Notes: a model not told the origin generated them from the sequence alone. A DNA stretch of 64,000 bases from an uncultured Eubacteriales bacterium (GCA_964648465.1 CAZYMU010000001.1:56230-120229); one strand, 5' to 3'. Shown: positions 31,660 through 41,312, counted from the stretch's first letter. Made by a program: numbers and translations.

Positions 31660-31783
31660 TAAAAATTGCTGATAATAGATTTAAATTAGATCATCGATAT
31701 GATAAATGATAAACTAGTTCTGAGGGTTTCATGGGGAACGATCAAAACTAGGTTTAGTTGTTATAATTTATCAGCAATTTTTA
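31660..31783. mobile_element. MITE-like 124-bp unit (copy U2), inverted relative to U1
   Basis: Same 15-bp termini. Its interior is the reverse complement of U1 at about 85% identity. The junction sequence GATCGGCTCGCCTGTAAGG matches the reverse complement of the U1/M5 junction. Confidence 0.55.
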
Positions 31784-31887
31784 TGAATAGCCCACCGCAA
31801 TTATCATGTTGATATCTATTCCATTATATTTGATAATTATATTGTAAACTTTTATCAAGGTATTTTCGTCTAATAGGGGAAAGAAGA

Positions 31888-32490
31888 GTGATGGAAGAAA
31901 ATGAACAAAACATTATTGACCGAATCTGCCGAGGCGATACTGCAGCATTTCAAAGACTGGTGGAGAGGTACAAGAAGAAGATTTATTTCCTCGCCTATGA
32001 TATTCTCGGCGATCACCACGAAGCTGAAGATATCTCCCATGAAGTATTCATCAAAGTGTTTCGTTCCCTTAAGAATTTCCGCAGGAATTCAAAAATGAGC
32101 TCCTGGATTTATCAAATTACTGCTAATACCTGCATAGATGCTCTGCGCAAAAAGAAATCAAAACCCCAAGTAAATCTGGAGGATTTCAATCATGTTTCTC
32201 TACAGGACAATCTTGCTGGAGGCGGCACTCGTGTCCAAAATCCTGAACTTAGTGCTGAGGCATCTATCATGCAACGTAGGATTCAAAATGCCTTGTATAA
32301 AGTCACCCCAAGAGAGAGAGCAGTGTTTGTGATGCGTCATTACAATGATTTAGAGATAAAAGAGATTGCAGAAGTCCTGAACGTTTCTTCAGGGACGGTC
32401 AAGAGCCTGCTTTTCCGTGCTTTAAAAAAAATGCGAAAAGAGCTTTCAACTCATCGGGGAAAGTCCTCAATGGAGGCTAACTATGACTGA
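31888..32490 (+). CDS. ECF-type RNA polymerase sigma-70 factor
   Basis: 200 aa. Sigma-70 region 2 (YFLAYDILGDHHEAEDISHEVFIKVF...WIYQITANTCIDALR) and region 4 HTH (EIAEVLNVSSGTVKSLLFRA) are present. Confidence 0.8.
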   Translation: MMEENEQNIIDRICRGDTAAFQRLVERYKKKIYFLAYDILGDHHEAEDISHEVFIKVFRSLKNFRRNSKMSSWIYQITANTCIDALRKKKSKPQVNLEDFNHVSLQDNLAGGGTRVQNPELSAEASIMQRRIQNALYKVTPRERAVFVMRHYNDLEIKEIAEVLNVSSGTVKSLLFRALKKMRKELSTHRGKSSMEANYD

Positions 32491-33298
32491 TTGTAAAAAA
32501 TGCAAGGCCCTGTTTTCCGATTCATTGTATGGGGAATTGAAAGCCGAGCAAAAGCAGTTCCTCGAAAATCACCTCCGGGATTGCCCGAAGTGCCAATCCG
32601 AATTCGTTGAATTAACTGCAACTGTAAGATTTATGGAAAAAAGAGTCCGTCCTGAGCCCGGACAAGATTTCTGGAATAGCTACTGGGGGCGGCTGTCCGA
32701 TCGGATAGAAAAAGAAGCAGCTTTTCAACCTCAAAAGGAAAAATGGTGGAAGGCTTTGAGCCGCACTATACAAACACCACCCAGTTGGGCTTATCAGGGT
32801 GCAGCGGCAATTGTACTGATTGTTATAGGAATTTTTATAGGCAGGGTGCTATTTACCCAGGGTGTCCCGCAGGTTCCACCCACACTGTCATCAGGAAATC
32901 TCACCCAGACAGGACCAGGGATCGAACTCACACAGCGTACCCACAATTATATAGAACGCTCAAAACTGATGCTGCTTGCAATCGTCAATTTCGAGCCGGA
33001 AACAGAAGATCCCTTTGCCTTGAATCTGCCTTATCAACAGCAGGTGTCAAGAGAATTGGTACAAGAGGCGGGCTTGCTGAAAAAGAAACTTGCCGGATTC
33101 CGCCAGAGAAGGCTGCAGGAGCTTATTGTTGACCTTGAGGTGATACTGCTTCAGATAGCCAATCTGGAGTCAGAGCCTGATATGTCGGTTATCAAGATGA
33201 TTAAGGACGGCGTAGAAAGCCGTGGAATTCTGTTGAAAATAAATCTAGCGGACATCCGCCAGTCTATTAATGAAAGGAATAAATCCAAAAGTCTATAG
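32483..33298 (+). CDS. zinc-finger (HxxxCxxC) transmembrane anti-sigma factor
   Basis: Overlaps the sigma gene stop by 8 nt. The N-terminus has CKKC ... HLRDCPKCQ (ZAS-like) and a single TM helix (AAAIVLIVIGIFIG). Confidence 0.55.
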   Translation: MTDCKKCKALFSDSLYGELKAEQKQFLENHLRDCPKCQSEFVELTATVRFMEKRVRPEPGQDFWNSYWGRLSDRIEKEAAFQPQKEKWWKALSRTIQTPPSWAYQGAAAIVLIVIGIFIGRVLFTQGVPQVPPTLSSGNLTQTGPGIELTQRTHNYIERSKLMLLAIVNFEPETEDPFALNLPYQQQVSRELVQEAGLLKKKLAGFRQRRLQELIVDLEVILLQIANLESEPDMSVIKMIKDGVESRGILLKINLADIRQSINERNKSKSL

Positions 33299-33312
33299 AA
33301 ACGGAGGAAAAC

Positions 33313-34893
33313 ATGAGTTTAAGAATTTCACGTATTATGATGTCGGTTTTTATCCTACTGGTATCATTTTCCCTACTGTCGCCGGTATTATATGCCGACA
33401 ATATACAGGACAAGGATACCAAATCCTATAATCAGGCTTATAACCTCATTGCTGAGGAAAGATGGGAAGAAGCCGCAAAAGCCCTTGAAAAATTTATTAG
33501 CACGTATTCCAACAGCGCTTATGTGGATGATGCCCGGTTCTGGCAGTGTTATGCCAGAGAGAAACTGGAACAGTCCTTAGAGACGGTTTTCAACTGCTAT
33601 GAGGATTTCATCAAATCTCATCCGAAAAGCAAATGGGTAGATGATGCCCAGTCCAATATGATTCGCATCGCCCATCAACTATCTAAGCAAGGTAATCCCA
33701 AATATCAGCACTTAGTCCAATCCATTTATGAGAGCCAGGAAGATGAGATTAAACTGGTTGCCCTCTATGCACTGGAAGATATGGGCAATGAGGAGGCCTT
33801 AGACGCGATCATAAAACTTTATGATGATGCGGCAGATGTCAATCTCCGCAGCAGGATCATCAATATGCTCGAAGATTTTGAATCACCCAGGGCGCTTGAC
33901 AAACTTGAGGACATTGCTCTTAATGAACCCGATTCTTCCTTACGCCGCAGGGCTGTTTATGTTATTGCGGATACCGAAGAGAAGGATGCCATCAATATTC
34001 TAAAAAAGGTCATCGAGACCGATTCAGACACCAAGGTCAGGAAAGCTGCTCTCAATGCTTTAGGAGATACGGAAGATCCCTCTGTTATCCCTATTCTGAG
34101 TGAGATCGCCATAAATGATAAGAATGTGACTCTGGCAAAAGCTGCGGTATATGCTCTGGAGGACGTCGAAAGTCCAGAAGTGCTTCCCGCGCTCAAAAAG
34201 ATATTAAAAGAGGCCAAAGCCATCGAGGTCAAAAAGGCTACCCTTTATACACTTGAAGACATCGAAGAGGCAGATGTACTTCCCCTCTTGAAGGAAGTTG
34301 CCCTGAAGGAGAGCAACCTGGAATTACGCAAGGCTGCGATATACACTATCGGGGATATTGAAAGTAAAGAGGTCCTTGAAATCCTGAAGGAGATTCTGGA
34401 ATCAACCGATGAACTCAGCCTCAAAAAAACAGCCCTGTATTCCATTGAAGACTATGAAGGCAAAGAAGCAGAAAAGATCCTCTATGATACAGCCCTAAAC
34501 TCCCCTGATGAAGAACTGGCTAAGACCGCTGTTTATGCCCTTGCCGATCTTGTTGAAGATGAGGGTGATCCGGCGTTCCTCATGGAAGTCTATAAAAAGT
34601 CAAAGTACTTCTCCGTCCGCAAAGCGGCTTTGTACAGTATTGAAGATGTAGAAGGACCCAAAGCTGTCAAGGCACTGGCAGATGTATTAAAAAGCGAAAA
34701 AGACCCGCAGCTTCAGGTAGTCATTATCAGAGCTCTTGGTGAAACAGAAAGTGACGAGGCAGTTCCTATACTGCTTGAGATTGCCCTGAAGGATAAGAAT
34801 CGCAAGGTCAGAGCTGAAGCAGTATCAGCTTTAGGAAAGATCGGGACACCAAAAGCACGGGAAGCCCTTATGAAGATTCTTGAGAAAAAGTAG
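33313..34893 (+). CDS. secreted HEAT-repeat (PBS-lyase/E-Z type) protein
   Basis: 526 aa. Has a signal peptide and about 14 tandem 31-aa repeats of the form A-x-Y-x-L-E-D-x-E-x-x-E-V/A-L-P-x-L. Confidence 0.6.
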   Translation: MSLRISRIMMSVFILLVSFSLLSPVLYADNIQDKDTKSYNQAYNLIAEERWEEAAKALEKFISTYSNSAYVDDARFWQCYAREKLEQSLETVFNCYEDFIKSHPKSKWVDDAQSNMIRIAHQLSKQGNPKYQHLVQSIYESQEDEIKLVALYALEDMGNEEALDAIIKLYDDAADVNLRSRIINMLEDFESPRALDKLEDIALNEPDSSLRRRAVYVIADTEEKDAINILKKVIETDSDTKVRKAALNALGDTEDPSVIPILSEIAINDKNVTLAKAAVYALEDVESPEVLPALKKILKEAKAIEVKKATLYTLEDIEEADVLPLLKEVALKESNLELRKAAIYTIGDIESKEVLEILKEILESTDELSLKKTALYSIEDYEGKEAEKILYDTALNSPDEELAKTAVYALADLVEDEGDPAFLMEVYKKSKYFSVRKAALYSIEDVEGPKAVKALADVLKSEKDPQLQVVIIRALGETESDEAVPILLEIALKDKNRKVRAEAVSALGKIGTPKAREALMKILEKK

Positions 34894-35160
34894 TGAAAAC
34901 AATGCGAAGATTCCTGAAAGAATATACTTCAGCAATTTATCCGTCTTTTTTGATCTAAAAGGAGGCTGTCCGCTGTTCTGCCTGGGCGATAGTGATGATC
35001 CCAGAGCTCTGAATGCGTTGATAGAGATCATTCGGAACAAATAGCTTTCAGTCAATATGCCCCTTTGTATTGACAAAAAGTGAAATTGCCTATAAATTCT
35101 ATTTCTGAGTTTTTGGATGCTGGAAAGAAGGCACAGTAAATGTGTAATCAAAGAGAAAGA

Positions 35161-35232
35161 GCGGACATAACTCAGCGGTAGAGTACGAGCTTCCCAAGCT
35201 CGGGGTCGCGGGTTCGAATCCCGTTGTCCGCT
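35161..35232 (+). tRNA. tRNA-Gly (anticodon CCC)
   Basis: Manual fold gives acceptor GCGGACA/TGTCCGC, a D-arm with AGCGGTAG, anticodon stem CGAGC/GCTCG with loop TTCCCAA, and T-arm GCGGG-TTCGAAT-CCCGT. CCA is not encoded. Confidence 0.85.
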
Positions 35233-35274
35233 CTTTCTCTCAATAGAATCAGGCTTTTAAAATAAGGAAATCAA

Positions 35275-36060
35275 ATGGGTGAATGGAATCTTATTGTAGA
35301 TAAAATACCACTTAAAGGTTCATGGAACATGGCTGTAGATGATTTCCTTTTCCAGTCACTCGGGGAAGAGCCTCAGACTTATGTTCGATTTTACGCCTGG
35401 AAAAAGCCGACCGTATCTTTAGGCTATTCTCAAAAGATCTTTAAAGTACTTGATATTGAATATTGCCAGAAGAATGGGATTGATATCGTTAGGAGAATTA
35501 CAGGGGGGAAGCTAGTTTTGCATTATAAAGAGGTAACTTATTCTATTTGTTCTTCAGATAAAGAGATATTCACTTCAACCCTGGATGATTCTTACAGGAT
35601 TATCTCCGAAGCACTAATGTGTGGACTTGGGAAAATGGGGTTAAAACCTTGTCTTGCTGATGCTGCTCCCTCCTCTTATGTCAGAGGAAATCTTCCTTGT
35701 TTCTCTTATCCTGCACGAAATGAAGTTGAAATTGATAGAAAGAAAATTATTGGGAGTGCTCAGAAAAGGGAGGGATCAAAGTTTATTCAGCACGGTTCTA
35801 TTCCGCTTGAAGGGAAAGAAGAGCTTTTGAAATCGGTCTCATTTTTAAAAGGGCGAGAAGAGAATATCCGTATGATCTCTGTTTCACAAGCTCTGGACAA
35901 AAGGGTGGCCTTTGACTGGGTTGTGAATTTATTAGTGGAAGGAATTTCAGAATATTTCAAAGTGCACTTGAAACCAAAAGATTTTAGTATAAAGAATAGA
36001 GAAGATATCCTTAATATTCAAAGAGAGCGATATGAAAGCAAGGATTGGCTATATAGATGA
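35275..36060 (+). CDS. biotin/lipoate A/B protein ligase family protein (LplA/LipM-like catalytic domain)
   Basis: 261 aa. The BPL_LplA_LipB-type motifs are present (RRITGGKLVLHYKEVTYSI ... GSAQKREGSKFIQHGSIPLE, with the Lys of GSAQKR in the conserved position). Confidence 0.55.
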   Translation: MGEWNLIVDKIPLKGSWNMAVDDFLFQSLGEEPQTYVRFYAWKKPTVSLGYSQKIFKVLDIEYCQKNGIDIVRRITGGKLVLHYKEVTYSICSSDKEIFTSTLDDSYRIISEALMCGLGKMGLKPCLADAAPSSYVRGNLPCFSYPARNEVEIDRKKIIGSAQKREGSKFIQHGSIPLEGKEELLKSVSFLKGREENIRMISVSQALDKRVAFDWVVNLLVEGISEYFKVHLKPKDFSIKNREDILNIQRERYESKDWLYR

Positions 36061-36114
36061 CATATTGATTATTTTAATTTTTAATGATAGCATTGCGTTA
36101 ATAAACAAGGGTTT

Positions 36115-37017
36115 TTGCTAATGAACGAAGTCGAAGAACTTTCTAAGCTTGACATTAAGAATTTACCGCCGTCCAAGAGTTTTCTTCTTGACGACTTACA
36201 CCAGAATGCGTTAAAAAATCTTTATATTGAACTTGGAGCAGGCCCTGTCTTTTATCTTCTTTCACCATCTTATTCTGTCATAAATCCAAGTCCGAACGAA
36301 GTAATAAACGATTTTATAAACAAAAAAGGTGATATTCTCAATTACATCAAAGAATATATTATCCAAAATCTTGCCAAATATTCTGTTCTTTTAGATGTAA
36401 ACAGCTATTTTATTGAGCAAAATAATTTTCTTGTTTTAGCCAGGATGAGAGAAAGAGATTCGGAGGGGAGGCGATATGAGATTAAATTCTATACTCATTC
36501 TCCCCGGGAACTGATGACAAATTACAATGATAAGATTTATATCGGCAGAGATTTCATTGACCTTTTCCAATTTAAGAGAAAATATTTCGGAGTTAAAGAT
36601 CTGATAACTTCATTAAAAAATCAATATGAGATTTTGCTTGATAAAGCTGAACAAAAGCTGAAAAATCCTCTCGAATATAAATCCTTTTTTCAGGAAATAA
36701 AAGAATATCTAAGTGAGTTGCGAATCGAGGGTTTTAATATCCTTCAATCTCTTCCACCATATATTGATTTTAAACAAATAAAAGAAAAAGACTTGATTAG
36801 TATTAATGCTCAGTACCGTACAATTAATCATTATTTGATTGAGCTGTGTGATGAAGTAAATGAATTTGAGAATCTTCTAAGAGATAAAAAAGAAATGCAT
36901 TTTGTCCGATATGTCACAAAATATAAAAAGGACCTTACAAACTTTATTTCATATTTCAATATAAAAATAAATGGTTATCTGTCAGAAAAAATATTCAGCC
37001 TGAAATATAAAAGTTAA
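36115..37017 (+). CDS. hypothetical protein (very AT-rich, Lys/Asn/Tyr/Ile-rich, no recognisable domain)
   Basis: A 300-aa intact ORF. Its composition is noticeably more AT-biased than neighbouring genes. Confidence 0.3.
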   Translation: MLMNEVEELSKLDIKNLPPSKSFLLDDLHQNALKNLYIELGAGPVFYLLSPSYSVINPSPNEVINDFINKKGDILNYIKEYIIQNLAKYSVLLDVNSYFIEQNNFLVLARMRERDSEGRRYEIKFYTHSPRELMTNYNDKIYIGRDFIDLFQFKRKYFGVKDLITSLKNQYEILLDKAEQKLKNPLEYKSFFQEIKEYLSELRIEGFNILQSLPPYIDFKQIKEKDLISINAQYRTINHYLIELCDEVNEFENLLRDKKEMHFVRYVTKYKKDLTNFISYFNIKINGYLSEKIFSLKYKS

Positions 37018-37029
37018 TCATATCTAGTC

Positions 37030-38328
37030 TTATTCTAAAATCCTGATTGATCCGTAGCTGGTTGAAAGGAAAATTTTGGGATTTTCTTTTTCATCAGTAA
37101 ATGCTTTGATTATAGAGAGACTGTTTTCTTTTCGGAACGTGGGTTCAAAAGGAAGCTCCCATTTAATATTACCGCCCTTGTTTTGGGCTTCAACAGGGTA
37201 TTTTCCCTCAGAAGGCCAGTGTAATGTTATATCTGTATATGTGCCCTTAACTTCTATTGGCTGGGTAAGAGGAGAAGGCCTCAGAATTATTTTTCCGTGG
37301 GATAGAAGAATGGTTGTTTTTCCAGAAAATTTATCAAGTTCGATGTCATTATATGATGAAGAAATATTGATTTCGTCTCCGCTTATTGTGTTTCCATAAA
37401 TACCAAGGCTTTTTCCATCTATTGCCAGGTTGCCATGGATATTGTTCAATCTTACATTGCTGTATCTATCAGTTATTTCAAGGTCTCCATCTATTCCATT
37501 TATTTCTATATATGAATGGTTACCTATGATTTTTGTGGGGCCTGCATTGAGTAATATTATTTTTTCATAGGAATTCTCAATTTCAACAGTACCTGATAGG
37601 TTTTGGCCGAAGACTTCATTATGGGAACCTTCAACCGTGACATCCTGTGAGAAATCTTCTAGATGAATTGTACCGTATCTATGGATAATATGGGTGTTTC
37701 CTTTGATGCTTTTTGCTGTAAGAGAAGAGTGGCTGCTTTCTATACGGCAGTCGGATTGAACATTGTCTACTTCGACATCTTCGTAACTGTTTCGAACAAA
37801 AATATTGCCATCTATTTCTGAAGCAATGACCTTTCCATGACTGTTGATGATATTCGTGTTCCCCAGTTTGTAAGTTTTAACAATTCCATATGAATTTTTT
37901 ACTTTTACATTCATTCCTTCCGGAATAAAAAGCCTAAAGCTTGTTTTGAAATTTTTCCGCTTGAAGTCGTTGCGGTTTGTCGAAATCATCAACTCATTGA
38001 TGCCTTTATTAACTGACATCTTCAGCTTGTCAGAAATTTTCTTTGCAAGTTCTTCATTTCTGCGCCAAATTTTTTTCCCAAAAACAACAGTTATCTTTTC
38101 TTCCTCAGTTCCTTGTATTTCAACATCTCCATGGGCATTGATGACTTGAAGTTCAGAAGGGAAGGGGGGGTAGATTTCCTGTGATTCTTCATATTCGAAT
38201 TCACCATAGAAAAAGATAAAACCGTCACCACAATAAGAGTCGAAATGAATTTTTCCTGTTTGGGCATGGAAAAAGATTACCCCGGCAATGATGATGAAAA
38301 TTAAAAGGATGATTTCTTTTGCTTTCAT
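37030..38328 (-). CDS. DUF4097-type beta-helical putative adhesin / envelope-stress protein (LiaG-like)
   Basis: 432 aa. Has an N-terminal TM/signal segment followed by a long array of degenerate beta-helix repeats (e.g. TVEGSHNEVFGQNLSGTVEIENSYEKIILLN). Confidence 0.5.
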   Translation of the reverse strand: MKAKEIILLIFIIIAGVIFFHAQTGKIHFDSYCGDGFIFFYGEFEYEESQEIYPPFPSELQVINAHGDVEIQGTEEEKITVVFGKKIWRRNEELAKKISDKLKMSVNKGINELMISTNRNDFKRKNFKTSFRLFIPEGMNVKVKNSYGIVKTYKLGNTNIINSHGKVIASEIDGNIFVRNSYEDVEVDNVQSDCRIESSHSSLTAKSIKGNTHIIHRYGTIHLEDFSQDVTVEGSHNEVFGQNLSGTVEIENSYEKIILLNAGPTKIIGNHSYIEINGIDGDLEITDRYSNVRLNNIHGNLAIDGKSLGIYGNTISGDEINISSSYNDIELDKFSGKTTILLSHGKIILRPSPLTQPIEVKGTYTDITLHWPSEGKYPVEAQNKGGNIKWELPFEPTFRKENSLSIIKAFTDEKENPKIFLSTSYGSIRILE

Positions 38329-38330
38329 TT

Positions 38331-38537
38331 TTAATCCTGAATATTTTCGGGTTCTTCATTTTGTTCTTTTATTCCGTAGTAAAGCTTCCAGACTCCCCAC
38401 ACAATAAGTACTAAGGGCCAGAGACGAGCTACTGTATCCCATATGGAAGTACCAAGATTGCTAAGGAGAATGGTAAGACCTACTAGGACTAGTATGATAC
38501 CCCATACAAGAGGGTCTGTACGTTTTTGTTTAGCCAT
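38331..38537 (-). CDS. small two-helix membrane protein
   Basis: The internal Met start MAKQKRTDPLVWGIILVLVGLTILL is preferred. The tracked 121-aa ORF would overlap the upstream gene. It carries two hydrophobic helices. Confidence 0.35.
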   Translation of the reverse strand: MAKQKRTDPLVWGIILVLVGLTILLSNLGTSIWDTVARLWPLVLIVWGVWKLYYGIKEQNEEPENIQD

Positions 38538-38556
38538 TTTTTTCTCCTTAATTTTT

Positions 38557-39051
38557 TTAATTTTCCTGTTTTTTACGTGAATAATAATCTGCAATAAGTT
38601 TAATCCCGATGACGATAACAATGAGAGGCCAGAAATCGAACACAGTGTCATAGTTGATGAGGAAGTTAAAATTAGCCATGAGGAATATTCCTCCAAGGGC
38701 GATTAAAATAATTCCCCAGAAAATAGAGCCAGATTTTACAGCATCAGAAAAATCTTCTGTAAATTCTTCTTCTTCACTATGAATGGCTCTTCGGTTAATA
38801 GTTGAAGAAACATTGATGGAATCAATGATCTGGTAAAAATAAAATCCAGCAAGAAACAGTCCTAGGAAAACAGGAGAGCCTTTGCCATTTGCAAGCAGGG
38901 TAACTAGTAGAGAAAAGGCGAGAAGGTGGACCAAGGCCTTTTGAATCTGGCGGTTATAAAGAGCGCCAACACCAAAAGGAAAAAAGAACGATAGTATTCC
39001 TGCGAGTAATGGAGATTTTGGTGGTCTTTTGACGATTACTTTTTCTTCCAT
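38557..39051 (-). CDS. four-helix membrane protein (LiaF/PspC-neighbourhood type)
   Basis: 164 aa with hydrophobic helices near both ends and an acidic central loop. Sits between the anti-sigma gene and the DUF4097 gene. Confidence 0.4.
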   Translation of the reverse strand: MEEKVIVKRPPKSPLLAGILSFFFPFGVGALYNRQIQKALVHLLAFSLLVTLLANGKGSPVFLGLFLAGFYFYQIIDSINVSSTINRRAIHSEEEEFTEDFSDAVKSGSIFWGIILIALGGIFLMANFNFLINYDTVFDFWPLIVIVIGIKLIADYYSRKKQEN

Positions 39052-39077
39052 TTTATACCTCCAAATTTATGATATCT

Positions 39078-39575
39078 TTATCCCTCTGTTTCTCCGAAAG
39101 GATTGATATCCTTAAGAGAAACAATTATATTTTCTTTATACCCACCCAGGGAATCTGAGAAAGATTCTGCCTTAGCAACCAGCCTTCCGATTTTACTGTA
39201 TCCGATATGAATCTGCCGGTTTAGAGATTTGTTAATGAGATTTTTATTTGGATTATATATGTAGCACGATATCAGAATAAGGAAAACAGAAACTGCAGCC
39301 AGGATGGGTTGGAGCGAGGGCTGGCCAAGAAAATCAAAGCTGATTTTGAATTTTCTCTTTTTAACAGGAGTTTTATAAAGGCGTTCCAGCAAGTTCTTGC
39401 TTACATCTACTTCTGGAAAATCAGCAAGAGTCATGGTTGTTTCTTTAATAGACAAAAAAAGACCTGTGCATTTCTGGCAGGATTTTAAATGTTCTTCAAC
39501 CATTTGTTTTTCTTTTAAGTTAAGCTCATCCTCTATATAAGGAGATAAAAGTTCTTCTATGTGTTTACATTCCAT
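39078..39575 (-). CDS. zinc-finger (HxxxCxxC) transmembrane anti-sigma factor
   Basis: HLKSCQKC motif at the N-terminus and a single TM helix. Overlaps the upstream ECF sigma gene by 11 nt. Confidence 0.55.
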   Translation of the reverse strand: MECKHIEELLSPYIEDELNLKEKQMVEEHLKSCQKCTGLFLSIKETTMTLADFPEVDVSKNLLERLYKTPVKKRKFKISFDFLGQPSLQPILAAVSVFLILISCYIYNPNKNLINKSLNRQIHIGYSKIGRLVAKAESFSDSLGGYKENIIVSLKDINPFGETEG

Positions 39576-40125
39576 TTCTTTCCTCCTTTTTTTCTTTGAG
39601 GATTCTTGCCAGCTGAAGTCTTCCTCTATTAACGCGAGATTTAACCGTTCCCAGAGGCAGGCTCATGATTTCTGCTACTTCTTTGTATTTTTTGCCCTGA
39701 ATATCTCTGAGGATGAGCGCTATTCGCATCTCTGATGAAAGGTTTTTGAATCCTTCCCAGATAAATTTTCTAGTTTCGTTCTTCAAAATGCTTTCCTCAG
39801 GACCAATGTTTTTAAACGAAGAAACATAATATTCATTAAACTCATCGCGTGTTTTATTTTTCCATTTTGTTTTTCTGTATTGATCGATGAGGTAATTTCT
39901 TGTGAGAGAAAGAAGCCATGCGATGAAATTTTTATTAAAATCATATTTGGATAGAGAATAGTGAAGTTTTAGAAAAATTTCTTGTGTTACATCTTCAGCT
40001 TCTTCGTATTTCCCAGAGAACTGGTAAGCGATGTTAAAAATCCTTTTAGAGTAGGTGTTAACGAGCATTCTCCAAGCTCCTTCGTTTCCTTCCAGACATT
40101 TTTCTATAATCTTTTCTAATTGCAT
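39565..40125 (-). CDS. ECF-type RNA polymerase sigma-70 factor
   Basis: 186 aa with sigma region 2 and region 4 motifs (EDVTQEIFLKLHYSL ... WLLSLTRNYLID ... VAEIMSLPLGTVKSRVNRG). Confidence 0.8.
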   Translation of the reverse strand: MQLEKIIEKCLEGNEGAWRMLVNTYSKRIFNIAYQFSGKYEEAEDVTQEIFLKLHYSLSKYDFNKNFIAWLLSLTRNYLIDQYRKTKWKNKTRDEFNEYYVSSFKNIGPEESILKNETRKFIWEGFKNLSSEMRIALILRDIQGKKYKEVAEIMSLPLGTVKSRVNRGRLQLARILKEKKEERNGM

Positions 40126-40321
40126 TTACCTCACCTTTGTAGACGAGATTTTGGAGAAAAAAGTTCCATGACAGTTTTTATGAATAATTTAGAACAAGTA
40201 TATTTTATAATAATAGTGAAAACAAGTTATAACTATGTTATTTACTCATAAGAATAAAGAAGATAAAATTAAATGTTGTAAACAAATTGCAACTATTTAA
40301 AGGAAAGTAAAGTTTGGAAAA

Positions 40322-40912
40322 ATGAGAATGGATGAACAAGAACTGATAGAAAAAGTACAGGAAGGTAATGAGATAGCTTTTGCGAGAATTGTCAACATAT
40401 ACCAGCACAAAATAGTTAACTTTCTATGGCAATTGACAGGAGATTATCAGAAATCAGTAGAATTAGCACAGGAAACATTCATGAGAGTTTATTTTAAAGC
40501 AAACAAATATAAACCGATAGCTCCTTTATCTTCATGGATATATGCAATTGCTTCAAACTTGGCTAAAACAGAAATGAAAAAAGCGCGGAGATTTCCTTCT
40601 GTATCTTTCGAGAATGCTGAAAATAACATCAATACGAAATTTACATATACTAAAAATCAAAAGAATTTGGATTTGATCAAGGATTTGAGAGAAGCTATAA
40701 ATTCCCTTCATCCTAGATATAAAATCCCGGTTATTCTTAAGGATATAGAAGGATTTTCTCAAGACGAAATTGCTCAAATACTGAATAAGCCTATTGGGAC
40801 TATAAAAGCAAGAATAAGCAGGGGAAGGAATTATCTAAAAAAGGGATTGGAAGAAAAATCGGATAAAATTAATATTTTTAAAAATAGGGAGAAGGCAAAT
40901 GGAAGAATTTGA
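40322..40912 (+). CDS. ECF-type RNA polymerase sigma-70 factor
   Basis: 196 aa with region 2/4 motifs (VELAQETFMRVYFKANKY ... WIYAIASNLAKTE ... EIAQILNKPIGTIKARISRG). Confidence 0.75.
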   Translation: MRMDEQELIEKVQEGNEIAFARIVNIYQHKIVNFLWQLTGDYQKSVELAQETFMRVYFKANKYKPIAPLSSWIYAIASNLAKTEMKKARRFPSVSFENAENNINTKFTYTKNQKNLDLIKDLREAINSLHPRYKIPVILKDIEGFSQDEIAQILNKPIGTIKARISRGRNYLKKGLEEKSDKINIFKNREKANGRI

Positions 40913-41297
40913 CTTCATGGAAAATATTGAGAGAGTCAAAGCTCCTGATGATTTTGAGGGGAGAGTCTTGGAAGATCTCTCTAAAAGAAAGGTGAAAAAT
41001 GTCAGGACAAGGCAGATACGTCTTTCATTCGCAGGAGCTTTTAGTGCAATAGCAGTAATCATTGTCATAACGAGTTTATTCATCCTTCCTCATGGGGAAA
41101 CCGCAAAGTTTTCAACTCTGGAAAAAGGGCTGTCTTCAGAGTCCATGATAGAAAAAGAACGTGGGAAAAGACCGTTTATTCCAATAATAGAAGAAGTGAA
41201 TTATTCAGGAGAAATCCGGAATTTATCACATGAAGCCCAAACGATTTATATACTAGAACAAGTCTTTGAAAGTACCGATGCTTCAATTAAATATTAA
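40899..41297 (+). CDS. putative single-pass anti-sigma factor
   Basis: 132 aa. Overlaps the sigma gene stop by 14 nt. Has a short cytoplasmic N-terminus and one TM helix (FAGAFSAIAVIIVITSLFIL). No zinc motif. Confidence 0.4.
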   Translation: MEEFDFMENIERVKAPDDFEGRVLEDLSKRKVKNVRTRQIRLSFAGAFSAIAVIIVITSLFILPHGETAKFSTLEKGLSSESMIEKERGKRPFIPIIEEVNYSGEIRNLSHEAQTIYILEQVFESTDASIKY

Positions 41298-41312
41298 GGA
41301 GGCAAGTGCAAA

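Noticed and set aside
35161-37100. Integrated prophage or integrative element at tRNA-Gly
   Set aside because: No integrase, phage structural genes or duplicated tRNA 3' end was found within the window. Only a weak compositional hint remains, which is reported separately.
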